NCBI GenBank assembly: GCA_050273025.1
Contig: CP158635.1
Location: 13,640,001 to 13,704,000 of the forward strand
Length of the DNA: 64,000 nt
Direction of reading: 5' to 3'
Source: Cenococcum geophilum
Lineage: Eukaryota
Below are positions 36,852 through 52,200 of this stretch, piece by piece (position 1 is the stretch's first letter; each line of letters opens with the position of its first letter). Both the position numbers and the translations under genes were made by a program. The notes beneath the pieces were generated by a model, which did not search any database, was not told the origin of the DNA, and saw only the letters and a list, made by a program, of their open reading frames with translations.

Positions 36852-38577
36852 TAGGGTTGCAATCCGTCCAAAATGTAAATCCTGACCTAACCGGATTCGG
36901 AAGATCCGGATCCTGACCGAAATTCTAAGCCGGGTCCTCTATGTTTTAAAGGCCTAGGTTTTAATAATTCTCCGGGTTTTATATAAGAGATTTTAGAGAT
37001 AATATTATAATATATAACGTTAGGCAATTATAGGATTTTATTAAGTTAGTAATATTATTATTATTTATTCTTACTTAATATCTAATGCGGTTTTAAATTA
37101 TAGACTATACGGACGAATACTAATAAGTTAGGTATAAAAAACCTCTAAAAGAAACGTAAGAGGTAATATAGTATATACCCCCCCTAGGTATACCTGTACT
37201 ACATTAACGGGAGAAAAATACCGTTAGGTTAACTGCTTTAAGACTTAATAGTCCTTAATTGTCTATTTTACCCTATATACTACTTATACTATACTTCTAT
37301 AACTTAATAGATTGCTATAAATTACTATATACCTACCATTTCTACCCTATATACGTATATATGTCACCTATAGTCACCTCGCTTATAGTATAAATCTTGT
37401 CCTATATAACCTTCTACTCTAAAGAAATAATAGGATAAACTAAATATCTTATTCTAGGCCCCTAGCCTAGGTCCCTTACCCCCTATTTATTATATTTAAT
37501 AACGCGCTTAGCCTAGTATTATACTTATAGCTAAGTACCTATATTGCTAACAATAGAATAAAGCTAGGTAGATTAATATATATTAGCAACTTGGTTAATT
37601 AAGGCACAAGTATAGTAAGAGGGGCGCGTAAGCCTCTATAATTGGATTGTCTATAAGCGAGGATCTAAAGCTTAAGAGAAAAAAAGGAGAAAAAGACAAG
37701 TAGCGCTACTCGGAGTTTTATATAATCTTCTAGTTATATAACTATAGCTCTCTACTAAGTTGTGCTATTTTCTACTAGTATTATAATATTACCCCTCCTC
37801 CTCTCCGCAAAAGCCTGCCCTTAAGCTTTATAGTTTGTATTATACCCATAGGGCGTTCTTATCTTTATGCTCTTTTAGTAACTTATTGTTTTATCATACT
37901 AGCACTCTATCTATTTATCTAGGTATTTTAGCGATCTAGGTTTATTAGGGTAACGGCTATAAAACTTCTAAAGCTTACAGGGACTACCTATAAAGTTCTA
38001 TATAGGGTACTAAGTGAGATCCGGGTTATATTAGCTACTATTAGTTATAAAATATTAGGAACTCGCTAAGAGCCATAATATACGTATCTACCCTACTATT
38101 AAAATAGTATACCCCCTATAATCCTACTATTATAGCTCCAATATATATAAATAAGGGCTTATTTTATAGCTTTACTTTAAGGCTATAAAATAAAGTTTTA
38201 TTTATATAATTTAAAGCCAAATTGGTAGAGCTATAGGGGGTGCTTATTTTTAAGGGGAGAGAGGCCAGATTAGTTAGTATAGAGCCTTAATTTAAGTTTT
38301 ATAGCCTTAGTAAGGTAGCCCCCTATAGCTTTACTAATTTGGCTTTAAATTATATAAATAAAACTTTATTTTATAGCCTTAAAGTAGAGCTATAAAATAA
38401 GCCCTTATTTATATATATCGGAGCTATAATAGTAGGGTCATAGGGGGTGTGCTGTTTTAATAGTGGGGTAAATATATACGTCATAGCTCTTAGCAAGTTC
38501 CTAATATTTTATAACTAATAGTATTTGTAAGTCTCTACTAGGGCCCACCCTCCTAATAAGAAAATTTTCCCTATTAC
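36852..38577. mobile_element. Possible degraded hAT-like DNA transposon end region
   Basis: Starts TAGGGTTGCAATCCG with clustered ccgg/ggatcc subterminal motifs, and RIP bias rises immediately after. No transposase motif or second end identified. Confidence 0.35.
38038..38521. mobile_element. Foldback MITE copy 2 (484 bp, ~205-bp TIRs, ~70-bp spacer)
   Basis: TA-ctattagttataaaatattaggaac...gttcctaatatttttataactaatag-TA; long inverted arms; no coding capacity. Confidence 0.88.
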
Positions 38578-39583
38578 TGTCACGTCGTAGCGTTCGCGAT
38601 GCGCTGCCGTATATATATCTCTACATTTACTCTAATAGTTTATTAGTACAATCCTAATAAAATACTAATAGTACTACTAGGTTTCTGGGCTCTACTACGT
38701 AGAGGTATAAAGGCCGATTTTATAGAGCCTGATCTAGTAGTATTATATAGAGGTTTTAAATCGGCGGGTATAAGGGATATTATTAAAGTTACCTTAGGAT
38801 GCCCTTAGGGCAAACCCTAGATATCCCTTAGATAGTTATTAGTTACGTATTAAAGGTACATACCTATAATATAAGTCTCTTTAATCCTAGAGGCATTACC
38901 TCCTTAAGGATTTATCTCCTCTATGATTATATTATATAACCCCCTATTTATAAAGCCTATTATAGCTTATACAAAATACTAAGGCGCTAGTAGAAAGCGA
39001 GCTAATTATAGGGTTATAGGATATAGTAGTATAGCTGTAGAATTTAGTAGGTAACGCGCCTTAGCGCCGTTATATTACCTCCTACCCCTCCTACCCCCTT
39101 TTTTTTATTAAAGAAAAACCTACTTTTAAGCTTATTAGAAATAGAGCTAAACTAAATTATAAAATAAAGGAAAAAGGGAGATATAAGCGTGTCTAGGCTA
39201 AGTATATAGGGCGGCCGTAAGTTATATAGAAACACTATATTAAAAAGAATAGTAGCTAAAAGTCTTAGCAGAAATCCAATTAATTAGATAACTTTAACTA
39301 CTAGTTAAAGTTGCTAAATATTTAAGGTATTAATAGTGCTGACAGACTTTAGTAGAATTTGATAGAATTAAAGCCTTAGGGCGTTTTTATCTCTATACTC
39401 TTCTAGTAGCTTATTGTCTTCATTATACTAGTATTCTATCTACTTATTTATATACTTTAAGGGTTTAGGTAAGTTAGAGTATTAATTATAAAAATCTTTA
39501 AGCTTTTAAAGATAGCCTATAAAGTTTTACATAAAGTACTAGGTTAGGTCTAGATTTTACCCCTTCTATTAAATACAGTATTT
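38578..39583 (-). mobile_element. Cluster of LTR fragments (38578-, 38769-38964) plus the 3' end of a minus-strand Gypsy (LTR end ~39073, PPT, chromodomain ~39400-39580)
   Basis: TGTCACG start; 38769-38964 resembles the LTR at 39584-39797; PPT ttacctcctacccc; de-RIPed KYCIQWKG.NPDLTWY...LKDFH. TSDs are unresolved. Confidence 0.55.
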
Positions 39584-40266
39584 TAATAAGGGATATTATT
39601 ACAGTTACCTTAAGTTGCCCTTAGGACATCCCCTGGACACTCCTTAAATAGCTGTTAGTTACGTACTAGAGATATATACCTATAGTATATAATCTCTACA
39701 CTTTTAGGCCTTACCTCCTTAAGGATTTATCTTTTCTATAATTTATTTATTTCTATAATTGTACTATATAGCCCCCTATCTATAAAGTCCCATTATATTT
39801 AAATCCTTTCTACTTTATTTAGAAGGGCAGCTGGCTTAAGAACTAGATTATTTATTTACATTTTTATTTATATCTACTATTTTTTTTTAAAAAAAATCTT
39901 GCGATAACTAAAATAGAAACTCTATAGGTACCCTATAAATAGCTATTGCTTTAAGGCAAGAAGGTCCCTTTAATAGTAAGAGATTATAATAATATAAACC
40001 TAGGTAAGATAGCTAAATAAGCCCTAATACCTAAATACACTAGGAGCTTAAAAACTCTTATATACCTATGGTTACTAGCAACGCTAAGAAATATATAAAT
40101 ACCTTCTATAATAGCTATAACGCTACTAGAAAGTAGCTAGAACCCCTTTAGTCCTACTTACGCTAATTAGAAGATTAAGCGCTAGAGGTAGCTTTAAGAT
40201 TTTTACCTAAGCTAGAAATACTAGAGAAATATATTAATATATCTAATTAGGGATTTAACTAGAACC

Positions 40267-43200
40267 TATTAGGTGAAACCTAAGTAGATAATTATATAGC
40301 CGTAAGGTACGGGCGACCCAGGGGCAACCCAGGGGTGACTCGCCCGTGAGGCACGTGCTCTGCACATGCCTAGGGAAAACCCTTCCTACCTTATACATAG
40401 AGTCCTCCTTTTCCCTTAAGGATTTGTCTCTGTCTATACAATATACCTATTATTCTATTATTGGACTCCCTATCTACATCCTTACCTTATATTTAAATCC
40501 TTACCAATCCCCTTAGGAGGATAGCCAGTTCAATTTTTCTATAATACCTCTAAAAAGAAAACCGACGCCTATACCTAATAGTAATACGCTAGCGATATAA
40601 CTGTAGAACGCCTTAGGATCTAGTGTAGATAAAACCGCTAGAAGCATACTAGTAGCATCTAAGCTATTTTCTAAATCCTAAAACGATTAGACATCTACAA
40701 ACGCTAAAGACTAGTTTAACTTATATACCTAGGCTTAATAGGAGCTTAGTAAGGTTACTAGCGTCCCACCTAATACTGCTGATATAAAGGAGCTAGATAA
40801 GCTGGCTAAGAAAATAGCTAACTTACGGAGCATTATTAATTTAATAAAGCCCTCCTGTCGCCTCTCTAGTAAAGAGTATAAGTTATATAGCGAACGCATA
40901 CGCCGAATAAATCTTAACACCCTAGTCAAAAAGTCATTACCCGATATTAGTGGTACTACTTAATAGCATTTCGACCGGTAGATTACTATAGTTAAGAACC
41001 GATTCGAGGTTAATAACGCTGACTATAACTGTAAGCGACGCACGCGCTGGGCCATCGAAGGTCTTATAAAAGAGAAGACAATTACCTAACTAGTTTATTG
41101 CTGGTTAGGCACTAAGGACAAAGGTCCTTTACTATAGGATAAATTTAAGACTATGGTCTAAGACCAGATTAGGAACCCTATAGTAAGACGCTTTAATAAC
41201 GCTATAATATACTATATGGCTATTATAAAGGAGAACTAGAGGTTTAATGTCTTCCTAGCCCGTATATGTAGCTTAGAGGACCTCTTCTTATATACCCCTT
41301 TTATTAATCCTAAACAATAGGTAGACTTTTAGTTCTTATATCTTCCAGCCCACCTATAAGTAGAGCTTTTCCGCTAGAACTTTACCTAACAGGTAAGAAC
41401 CGCTAAAGACCTCTTTGACGAAATCTGCTGTGTAGAGCAATTGCTTAATACTATAAAGCTTGCGGAAGATCGTATAAGTAGCAGCGGCAAATTATCGCGT
41501 ATAAAGCGCGGTCGCAGTATAGGCTCCGTAGACTTAGGCTTAGGGAACAGAACCTAAAAAAGGCGACGCTTTTCTAAGTAAACTCCTAGGGAGATTACCT
41601 AAAAGCTGGATAGCTTAGGGGACCCCCTAGACGCTAGTGCTACGTAGGCGAGTTAAAGGACCGCAGGCGGCCACTATAAGGAACACTAGAAGCAGGCTAA
41701 AAAGAAGTTAGCTTAGGCTTTAGAAAACCCGAAGCCCTAGTAGCGTATCTCTCTTAACTGCAACTAGGGCCTAATATAGAGGGAGAGAAGAAACGCATTA
41801 TAGTATATATTGTAATAGATACGCCCTAGGGCGAAGTCCGCCTATATGCTTTATATAATAATAGGTGCTAAATTAACCTTATTAATTAAGATATTGTCCG
41901 TAGATTTAACCTACCTATATGCTACGCGCTACGTTTATATAAACCTATTACACGTTTCCTTAATAGTAACTAGATAACAATCTAGGATACTTATAATCTA
42001 ACGGTTACCACTAGCGACTTCTAGGGTACCTCTTATACTATTGGCCCGCAGACCTTTTAGGGCGGCTTATTTAATAGTTATAATATAGTTTTTAGATAGG
42101 ATTAGCTCGCGGAAATAGATCTATTAATTAGCTTCCGTTCTAGATAGTTTATCTAGGGTACTTTAGACCCTAAACGCCTCTAAATAGTTACCCTTAACGC
42201 TCTCCTAGTAGATATTAAGGCTGGTGAAATAGTCTATTCGCTATAGCTAGAAGACTCCTTTTCTACGCCGGTTGTAAATATAATAGAGGACCTATTGTTA
42301 CTAATAGCAAGTACCCGTGCAGACCCTCTAGATGTAGAGATACCGGTTATAAACATAGTAGAGGACCTGCCGTCACTGGCAGTAAGTACCCGTAAAGACC
42401 CTCTGGTGCCAATATAGATCACCTATATATAAGGGGGAGGTAATTAAAACCCCGAAACTATTAAGTATACTATATATTATGGGACGGGGCAGTGGCTACA
42501 AGATGTATGTATTCGAGGAGTCTATAAGACGTTGCGCGATCGATCGTAAGGGTTGAGGGCGTAAGGAGGTGATATACCTACGCGTAGCTGACATAAGCTA
42601 TATGCGAGGTGTACGCGAGAGTATAGGGCTCTCCTATGGAGGCCCCTGCGGTGGGGTTCCGTGACATTACCCCCCCTCCTATAGAGGCGGAGCTCCGGCG
42701 ACGCTGTGGTTACTATGTATATATAAAAGGGACACTTAGGGTATAGAAAAGAAGAAAGGGGGGTATTGCTAAAGGCTTAAAACAATGTTATGTAATAAGG
42801 CTTGGCATCTAAGAATCCGACTAATTAGATAACTTTAACCGCCAGTTAAAGTTCCTAGATATCTTAACGATATTCCGGTTACGTGATTGCACTTTACCGT
42901 AATCTAACGGCAATCTGACGGCAATTTGCCCCTACGTGGCAATGTATAACGGTTTAACTCTATAAGGGCTCCCATAGAGGATTAGGTATAAAATCTCTGC
43001 TTAAGCCCGGTTTCTATGGGTTCGCGTGGTAAAAGTCGCTAATTAGATCCTTTGTATTTTTGAAGTCTTCCTATAATTGCCATTCTGGCTGATTTATGTC
43101 GAATCCTGTGTATATAGCTCTGTAGTAAAGCCGTCGTCCTCTGCTTTTGCTAAAGTATTTAGAGTTAATAATTCGTTTAATGGTCTACTCCTTATAGTTT

Positions 43201-46200
43201 TTGTCTTTGTTCTCGTCTTGGATTAGTACTAGTGGGGGTTTAGGCTGTGTCTGCCCTAGTAAGGGGTTAGGCTAGTAAAGGTGTAGTAGCTATAGGTAAA
43301 ATATAGGCTATATTCCGCGGGTGGCTAGGGCAGGTAGGAGCTTTAGCTTGTATACGGCTCCCCTATTAATGACTCGTTTAATTAGGTAGAGGCCAAGGTT
43401 CTTATAATCGAGTGACTTTATAGGCCTCTGCGTAGAGATATTATGTATATCTAGCTATACCTAGTCGCTAACACGTATTTCCGGTGGTGGCGTTCTATAA
43501 CAGTTAGTAAAGTAGGCCTACTTTACTTAAGCCTAGGCCATTTCTCCCTTGCAGTAGTTAAGTAGATTTTTTATACGGTCTGCATGCTGGTCGGTAAGTA
43601 GCATCTTAAGGCGTTTTCTATATAGCAGTTTCTTATTAATAGGTTCTGGTGGTTTTATGCCGGATTAGGGGTAATATCCCTTATTTGCGAAGAACGGGGT
43701 AAGTCCTATAGTAGTTAAGACGTAATTATTCGCTGCGAATTTACCTAGTAGGAGGTGATCTATCTAGTTATCTTAACTATAGGCAACTACCTGTCGTAGG
43801 TACGCTTTTATACTAGTATTAGCGTTTTCCGGTTGCCTAGTAGTTTTATAGTGGAAGGATATAGATATCTTAACGGAGATGCCAAGGCGTTAGTAGATTT
43901 ATCTCTATATATTAGAGCCGAACTGTATGCCTTAGTTGGACGTAATTGAGTTAGGTAACCTATATAATCGGTAGATTTTATAAAGGAAGGCGTTAGTGAC
44001 GTCGCTAACGGCTACGCCTTCGGTTGGGACGTAGTGGCGCTCTTTTGTAAGTCGGTATATTATTATAAGGATGTTCTTATAGGTACGGCCATATCGCTTA
44101 TAGGGTAGTAGGTTAATAACGAAATCTATGGCGATATCTGCCTATTGTTATATGGGTACTAGTAGAGGGTGCAGTAGTTCTTGGTACTTTGTATTAAAGG
44201 CCTTAGCGCGCTTATAACCATAGTAGGCGCCTATAAAGTATTTAACTAAGTCTATTATTTTAGGCCAGAAGTAGTATCAGCTAAGAAGCTTATAGGTTCC
44301 TCCTCTATTTGGATAGCTGCTTAATTGGAGGTCGTGGGCCATTTAGATTAGTTACCGTTATAGATTTTCTAAGTTAGGGATAAATAGACGGCCTCTATAA
44401 TAGAGCCTATTTTTTTTTACTTTTAAGGCTGCTATATTAATCTGGCCTAAGCTTTAGAGTTTAGTTGGCAGCGTATAGGCGCTAGCGGTCTTTACGGCAA
44501 TAAGTTAATATAGTAATAGGTTAATAGAGGTGTTATATACTATAGTAATAAGCTCGTTAATTTCGGGAGGTAATTTTAGTTCTGTGGTATGGAGCTGAGG
44601 TACAGTTGGCTCTATTATAGGTAGTATACTTAGGGCCAAATTCCGTGCTTTTAGGATTGTTTATTATTAGAACTGGTTGCGGGGGTTATCTTTAGACTAA
44701 GGAAGGTCTTATAAGCGGCGTGTTAGGCTATTAGGCTTAGTACCTTATACTTTTAGCCTATATATAATTTTGAAGTTAAAACTAGAAAGGAACTCGTTCT
44801 AGCGTGCTTAGCGTTAGTTTAGCTATTTTATAGTTATAAAGTACTTAAGGTTGCGATAATCCGTAAGGACTTTAGTTGGCTAGTTAGGTTTTATTAAGGA
44901 GAGTTCCGGTTAGAATTCCTTAAACGCTTATATAATCGCGAGAAGTTCCTTATTATAGATCTTATAGTTATATTCTTATAGTATAAGCTTAGATAAATAG
45001 AATATAACTAGGTAGAGAAGACCGTTGTTACCTATTTGGGAGAGGACGCCTACGTTAACGTGGTCTAAGGAGTTAGTTTTAAGATAGAGTTATTGTTCTG
45101 GTATAAAGTAAGCTAGGATAAGTGCTTTAGTAAAAGTATCTTTAAGGTCTTAAAACGCCTTCTTATATTTAGGCGTCCAGATAAAACGTAAATATATTTT
45201 TCTTCCTTTTGCGGAAAGGCCCTTTGTTTGCATTATTGCTATAAGTGGTGCTATAATACCTAAGAAGTTGTATATAAATTTTTGATAGAAGTTAGTAAAA
45301 CTGAGGAAAGCTTATACGTCTTTAATGCAGTTAGGGGTTTGCTATTTGGTAATTATGTATACCTTCTTGGGGTCTATACGGACACCCTTAGTAGTAATAA
45401 TTAGTCTAAGGTATTTTACTTCTATAACTAAGAATTTGCACTTTTTTAAATTAATATAAAGTCCTACGTCCCTAAGGCGCTATAAGACCTTTTAAACGTG
45501 CTCGGTATGCTTAAAAGGGTTATTATTATAAATAAGTATATCGTCCAGGTACGCAGAGCAGAAGTTGTTAAGATAGTCCCGTAAGGCGTTATTAATATAG
45601 CTTTAGAAGCTGCCTGGGCTGTTATATACGCTAAAGGGTATAACAGTATATTTAAATTGGCTAAAGCGCGATGTGAATGCGGTTTTCTATTTATTACCTT
45701 CTTATATTTAGAGGCGGTTAAAGGCGGCGATGATATTAAGCTTGGTATAGATTTTGGCTTAGCTAAGCCGCTTAAGAGTCTTACGTATAAGCGGTATAGG
45801 GTATTAGTTCTTAATTATGATAGCGTTAAGTCCTCTATAGTTAACGTAGAATTAAATACCTCCTCCTAACTTCTTAGTAAGGAGGATAAGGGCGGCTGCT
45901 AGGAATATGCTAGGGCGAATAAACCCTTTATTAAGGTGTTTGTTAATATACTTTTTAATAACTAGAAGTTTATCTTTTAATATTAAGTAGGGTCTCTTGT
46001 AGGGTAGCGTTTTTCCTTATTTAATATTAATGGCATAGTTATTAGGTTAATGTAGGGGGAGTATATCTACACTCTTTTATAAGTACACGTTAATAAAGTT
46101 ATAATACTTTTTAGGGAGGAGCTTACGGAGTTCCTCGTTAGTAAGTCCTTTTTTAAGCTTTATAAACTTCTTAAAGTCTAAAGGTGAAAGTCCGTAGAGT

Positions 46201-49200
46201 TTTGTAGGGGCATCGTTTTCTAGGAGGTTAACTATATCTATCCTATTACTATAGAGGACGTAGTCCTATTCTTTATTAAGCTTATATAGTTATAATTAGG
46301 AGGCTATAGTAACAGTCTAGCCTTTTCTATATGCTATACGGTAGAAGGCCGCGGCACTTATATAGTAGCAGTTAGTTATAGGTAGGGTAATAAGGGGTTC
46401 CTTAGGTTGGTATCCTAGGGAGTAAATAAAGGCGGCTAGGCCATATCCTAGGCAGGTCTCTCTACAGTATTTAGAGTTAAAGGTTACTTCTTTCTTTTTC
46501 TAGTTAATAGCAGGGTTGTGTTATTTAAGCTAGTTTATTCTAAGGATAATAGGGTAGTTAGTAAGTAGTATAATATAGGCCTAGAGTTCTTTCTGGTGCC
46601 TATTTATGTCTAGGTAGAGTTGTACTATATAGGTAATCTTTTATACGGTATAACTACCGTTAGCGAGTTATAGGGCGCGGGCTTTAGTAAGGGGTAAGGT
46701 AGGTAGGTTATAAGTGTATATAAATTAGGTATCTATAAATTTATTAGTAGCTCCGTAATTAATTATAGAACGGCTTTTATATTATTTTTTAGCAGTAGTT
46801 CCTATTACGGGTAAAACTATCTATTTCCGTCTATTTATCTTTACTAAGTTATCTATTAAGCAGGCCGATATATAGATCCCCTTATTATTAAGGCGTCCTA
46901 ACCTATAACTTAGGGCTAGGACTTGGCGTTTTCCGTTTCCGTATCCAACTTTACCGCTATTGCTGCGTCTTTGTCTTATATGGTAGTGGCACGTAGTGAC
47001 ATATTTGGTGTTTAAGGTACTAGGTTAGGTATTAGGCGGCGGCTGCTAAACCTAGCTATTGGGCAGTTTAGGCTATAGCTATAATAGCCTTTTTAACGAC
47101 ATCTATAGTAACGCTTTAGCTTTTAGAGTAGCTCGCGTTCTCCGTTTAGTAGCTTCTGCGGGAAGGTTAGTATAAAAAGGTTAATATTAGGACTAGTAGT
47201 GTTACTTAGGGTAGTAGGCGTTAGTGGTTTAGTAGGTCTAGAGGGCTTCTATAGGGAGGTCTTTAGGCAGAGGTTTATAGTAGTAATCTAATTTAGTCGT
47301 TGTTTAATCTTCCGTATAGCTGCTACCATATTATAAATATTATTATAGTTATGGCTAGCGGCTGCGTAACTAAGGCGATAAGTAACTTTTTTAAGGAGAT
47401 CTTTTTAGTTTTTAGTATTGTCTTAGGCGAGGGCTCCGGTATATTTCTAGAATTTAATATAGAACTTATTAAATAATTTAGTAGGGCTTATTTTTAGGGC
47501 ACGTAGTTTAGCTTGGTTAGTGGCTAGTAGGTTATAGTCGCGGTATATTAGGTTGAGATCGTTAAGGACTTTTTAGTAGGACTACTACTTCTAGGGGCTA
47601 TTGGTCTCCTATTGGGCGAAGAGTCTGTTAAATAGTATACCCTTTATTTGCCCGATAATGTAGCCAATCTTAGTATCTTCTATAGGAAAAAGGCAGGCGC
47701 TCTAAGTTAGTTTCTTGCGGATTTATATCTTCTAGTAGCTATATTTTTTACGGTCTCCCTAGAAAACTAGGGGATTAGGGTAACGTATATTAAACCCTAC
47801 GGTAGCAGCTTAGGTTTGGTTGTTATAGCTTTTATTATTGCTTTAGTAGGGGTTTCTATTAGATAAGGCTGCTCGGCGCTAACCCTCCGTTAAGTATTAA
47901 GTAGGTGAAGTTGCTAGGGGCGTAGAGACTTAAGTGGCGTTATATGCAGTAGAGAGGTGTCTAGCGTTATTACGAATATGCTTATTAAGCTAAGATTATA
48001 GGTATTTAATTATGCCTTCTCTTTTAGTGACTGTAGCAATAAGTGCGATCTTAGCCTTCTTTAACTGTTGGACGTCGCGTTTAGACATGTGGAGGTTGTC
48101 TTCGGTTTCTTAATGCGTGTTATTAGCGAGTGCCTCGCGAGCTTATAGGTCTTAGATGATATTGCGATCTTAGGCAGTACGCATCTCGGCTTATATAAGC
48201 TTTAGGTAGTAGTTCTATAGAAGGCGGTAGTATTTATTAGGTTCTCGTGCTACTATTTTTATAAACGTCTCGGCGTCTCGTATTTCGATTTTAATAGGTA
48301 GTAGCCCTTCCGCTTACTTATCCGTAGTTATATAGTTAATAAAAGATAAGATATTATTAGTGTTTATCTCCTTAGGGGTTAAGGCTAGGGCTAATAAATC
48401 AAATTCTTCTGGGATTAATTGGCGTTGTAGGTTAAGTATAGGTATTGGATTGTTCTTTGGGTTTAATATAGTGGCTAGTAAGGAATATTGTCTTACTATT
48501 ATGGGTTCCTTGGAAGTATAAAGTAAGGTAACTTATAGGCACGCTGCTTTTAGCAGCGCCTGTAGTATTATAGAGACGTAGAATTGGTTATAGGCTAGGT
48601 GTTGGTGGTAAAAAGGCGCAACGTAATGTCACGGGACGGGGCAGTGGCTATAAGACGTATGTATTCAAGGAGTCTATAAGACGTTGCGCGATTAATCGTA
48701 AGGGTCGAGGGCGTAAGGAGGTGATATACCTACGCGTAGCTGATATAAGCTGTATGTGAGGTGTATGTAAGAGCACGGGGCTCTCCTATGGAGGCCCCTG
48801 CGGTGGGGTTCCGTGACACTATAGTAGAGCTATATACACTCTTAGTGCGAGCACACCTACGAAACGTATGTTGGCTGCACCCTTCTCTTTACTAGCTCCT
48901 AGAAGTACACTACTATATAATAGTCGCTTTGACCTCCGTGGCCCCTGGCCTACTAGATATATATAAGGAGGAAATTAATATCTTCTTTAATAAGCTAGCA
49001 AGTATACTACTATAGAACTCTAAGTATAACTACGCGATCGACTTAGAAGAAGGCAGGACGCCACTGTAAATGCCCCTCTATAACCTCTTATAGAAAGAGT
49101 TATAGATTTTATAAGAGTACCTAGACAGTGCTCTTAAAAAGGGCTGGATTAGGCCTAGCAAGTCGCCTGCTGGAGCGCCTATCCTCTTTATGCTAAAAGT

Positions 49201-52200
49201 AGACGGTATAATACGGCTATGCGTTAACTATAGACGCCTAAACAAGATCACGATTAAAAATTGGTACCCCCTACTGCTAGTCGGCGAACTCTTTAATAGG
49301 CTTAATTATGCGAGGATATTTATAAAGCTAGATCTTCGTAATACGTACTATAGGATTTATATTAAAAAGGGAGATAAATAGAAGACTGTATTTAAGACAC
49401 GTTATAATTACTTTAAGTACCTAGTGATGCCCTTTAGTTTTACTAACGCCCCTATAACTTTCTAGAGCTATATTTATAAAGCTCTAGAAACCCTAGTAGA
49501 TACCATCTATATAGCTTACCTAGATGATATTCTTATCTACTTAAATAACAAGGATAAGTACGTTAAGCACGTTAAGTAGGTACTGCGACAGCTTCGCGCT
49601 TGGGGCCTATACGCCAAACTGTTAAAATATATCTTTTATACTAAGAACGTTAAGTTTCTAGGCTTTATTATTACCCCTAGGGGTATTGTAATAGACCCTA
49701 ACCGCGTAAAAGCTATTAAGGAATGGCCTAAGCCTAAGTTCTATAGGGATATCTAGGTCTTCCTTAGCTTTGCTAACTTCTATAGGCGATTTATCTAGAA
49801 CTACTCGGATACCGTATACCCCCTACACGTATATCTTATATAGGTATATCGCGACCCAACATTAGATGGGGAGAAGAAGAAAAAGTATAAGTTAAAAGGG
49901 CCTACTAAATGGTATTAACCCTAGTCCTAGCCCGATAACGCGTAGTAGGCGTTCTGTAAGCTATACGCTGCGTTTATATAGGCTTCTCTACTTCGCCACT
50001 TTAACCCTAATTTACCCCTAATAGTAATTACTAACGCTTCTAACTATACCTATAGCGGTATACTTCTGTAGCCTTTAGGGTAGGGAAATTAACTCTACTA
50101 GCACCCAATCGCCTATTATAGTTAGAAGCTTACTGGCCTAGAAGTATAGTATAATACGTATAATAAAGAACTACTCGCTATAGTGCAATGCTTTAAGACG
50201 TGGCGCTATTACCTTAAATACGCCGCGTATGTGACGCGCGTGCTCTGCGATTATAACAATTTTAGGTACTTTATAACTACTAAAAGCTTATTTACTCGCT
50301 AGGCCTAGTACGCTAAGGAACTAGTTAAGTTTAATTTTAAGATTAAATATAAGCTAGGTAAGATAAATTCTGCTAATATACTATCCCGGCACCTAGATTA
50401 TGCTAAAGGCTTTAAAGATAGTAGTAAGAGAACAATTCTTAATACTATGCTGCCTATATTGTAGTAAAAGTTGCGGGTTATAGGCCTTGTGGGTGGCCCT
50501 GGTGCTACTATACTATACTAGTAAGTAGCATACGTGCAGTATATAAGTAACCCTTGTGAATTTGGCACTAGCGGACTAGAGCGTCCTGCTATTCTCTTTA
50601 AGACCACTTTAACTAGCCTAATAGCGCTTAACCCTAGGGAAGACCCCTTAGCCTAGGCTACGGTCCCCTATAACGACCTAGCGAGTCACCTATATATTAT
50701 ACGTTACTTTACTAGCACTAACTTTACGCAAAGTCTTGTGCCACGGCAAGAGGTAGTAGTAGCTGCTTTAGCCGAAACGGCGTTTACGGAACACCCCCCC
50801 CGAGTTACTAGTTAATTTTATTCGCGGAGTATAAAAAAGGGACGCCTTTATACGCTTTATATGTGATTAGTTAATTTAGGAATAAGTTCCTACTAGTAAT
50901 AAGGACTACACCTTTAATAATTAAGGACTCCTAAGGTAAAATAATAAGGTCTGGGTGCCGAATTATATACCGCTATAATAGGAGATCCTTAAGCAGAATT
51001 ATAACGATCCTATGGGCGGCTACTATAGTTTTAACTGTACCTTTAAGGTAATCGCGCGAAAGTATACTTAAAACGGCCTTACCTAGGACCTCTGCAAATA
51101 CCTAGATAATTATAATGCCTACTAACGCTCTAAATCGCGCCGCTATAAACCCTATGGTAAGCTGCAGCCTCTTTAGGCCCCCACCTAAGCCTGGCGGTAT
51201 TATTTACTTAACTTTATTACGGATCTCTTAGAGTCCAAGACTCCTAATAGCATAGAGTATAACTCCGTTCTTGTCTTTATAGACCGTTTTATAAAGCTAG
51301 TGCGCTACTATCTAGTATATAAGACAATTAATGCTACGTAACTCGCAGAACTCTTATTTAGAGTCTTTATATAAATAGGACCTCTAGATAATATTGTCTC
51401 TAATAGGGGTAGTGTATTTACGAGCGAGTACTAGAGCACTATGTGCTACCATCTCCGCGTTTAATATAAACTCAGCATTATATTCTACCCGTAGATAGAT
51501 AGCTAGATAAAGCGTTAGAACTAGAAGCTTAAGGTATACCTATATATATTTATGAACTGGAAATAGTCTAATTAGGCCTCCCTACTTAAAGAAGTAGCCT
51601 TTGCCTATAACTCTAAGGTCTATGCCATAATAAAGCATTTCCCTATTAAGCTCACCTATAGCTAGCTACTAAATGTCCCAGATGGAGTCCTAGATAGCGT
51701 TTAAGACGCCTAGTAAGGTAGGGAGGAGTCTAAGTTAACGAATATCTAACTTATAGAGATGCATTTATAACGCCTGCGCCTTATATATAAGGCAGCGGCG
51801 GCGTCAATAATGTACGCCTAAAAGCTTTAGGTAAAATACTACAATTGTCACCATCTGGCTAAGTATTTCGCCGTTAGTAAACAAGTCCTACTCTTCTCTA
51901 AGAATATCCGCACGAAACGTCCTTATAAAAAGCTTAACTATAAGTTTATGGGACTGTTTTAGATCTTAGAGCGTATAGGGCAGTAAGTATATAAGCTAGA
52001 GCTCCTACCTACTATAGTATAGCTCTACCTAGTCTTCTATGTCTCCCTACTAGAGCCTTATAGGTCACGCCCTGGGTTTTAACCCCTAGTAGTAGAAGAG
52101 CTTAAGGAAGGTAGCTAGGAAGTAGAAGTAATTATCGCCTACTAGGATTGTGCTAGACAACCGCAGTACCTTATTAAATGGCTAGGATGGTTAAATAAGT

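Noticed and set aside
4398..36866. taggttgcaatc (4398) resembling tagggttgcaatc (36852) on either side of the gene island
   Set aside because: The match is short, in direct rather than inverted orientation, and has no TSD support.
18134..38521. Idea that the two hairpins are termini of a linear, hairpin-ended element carrying the gene
   Set aside because: Each hairpin has its own TA flanks and is explained as a separate MITE insertion; no replication protein is encoded.
49190..49381. 63-aa ORF
   Set aside because: It is a stop-free fragment of Gypsy D reverse transcriptase, not a separate gene.
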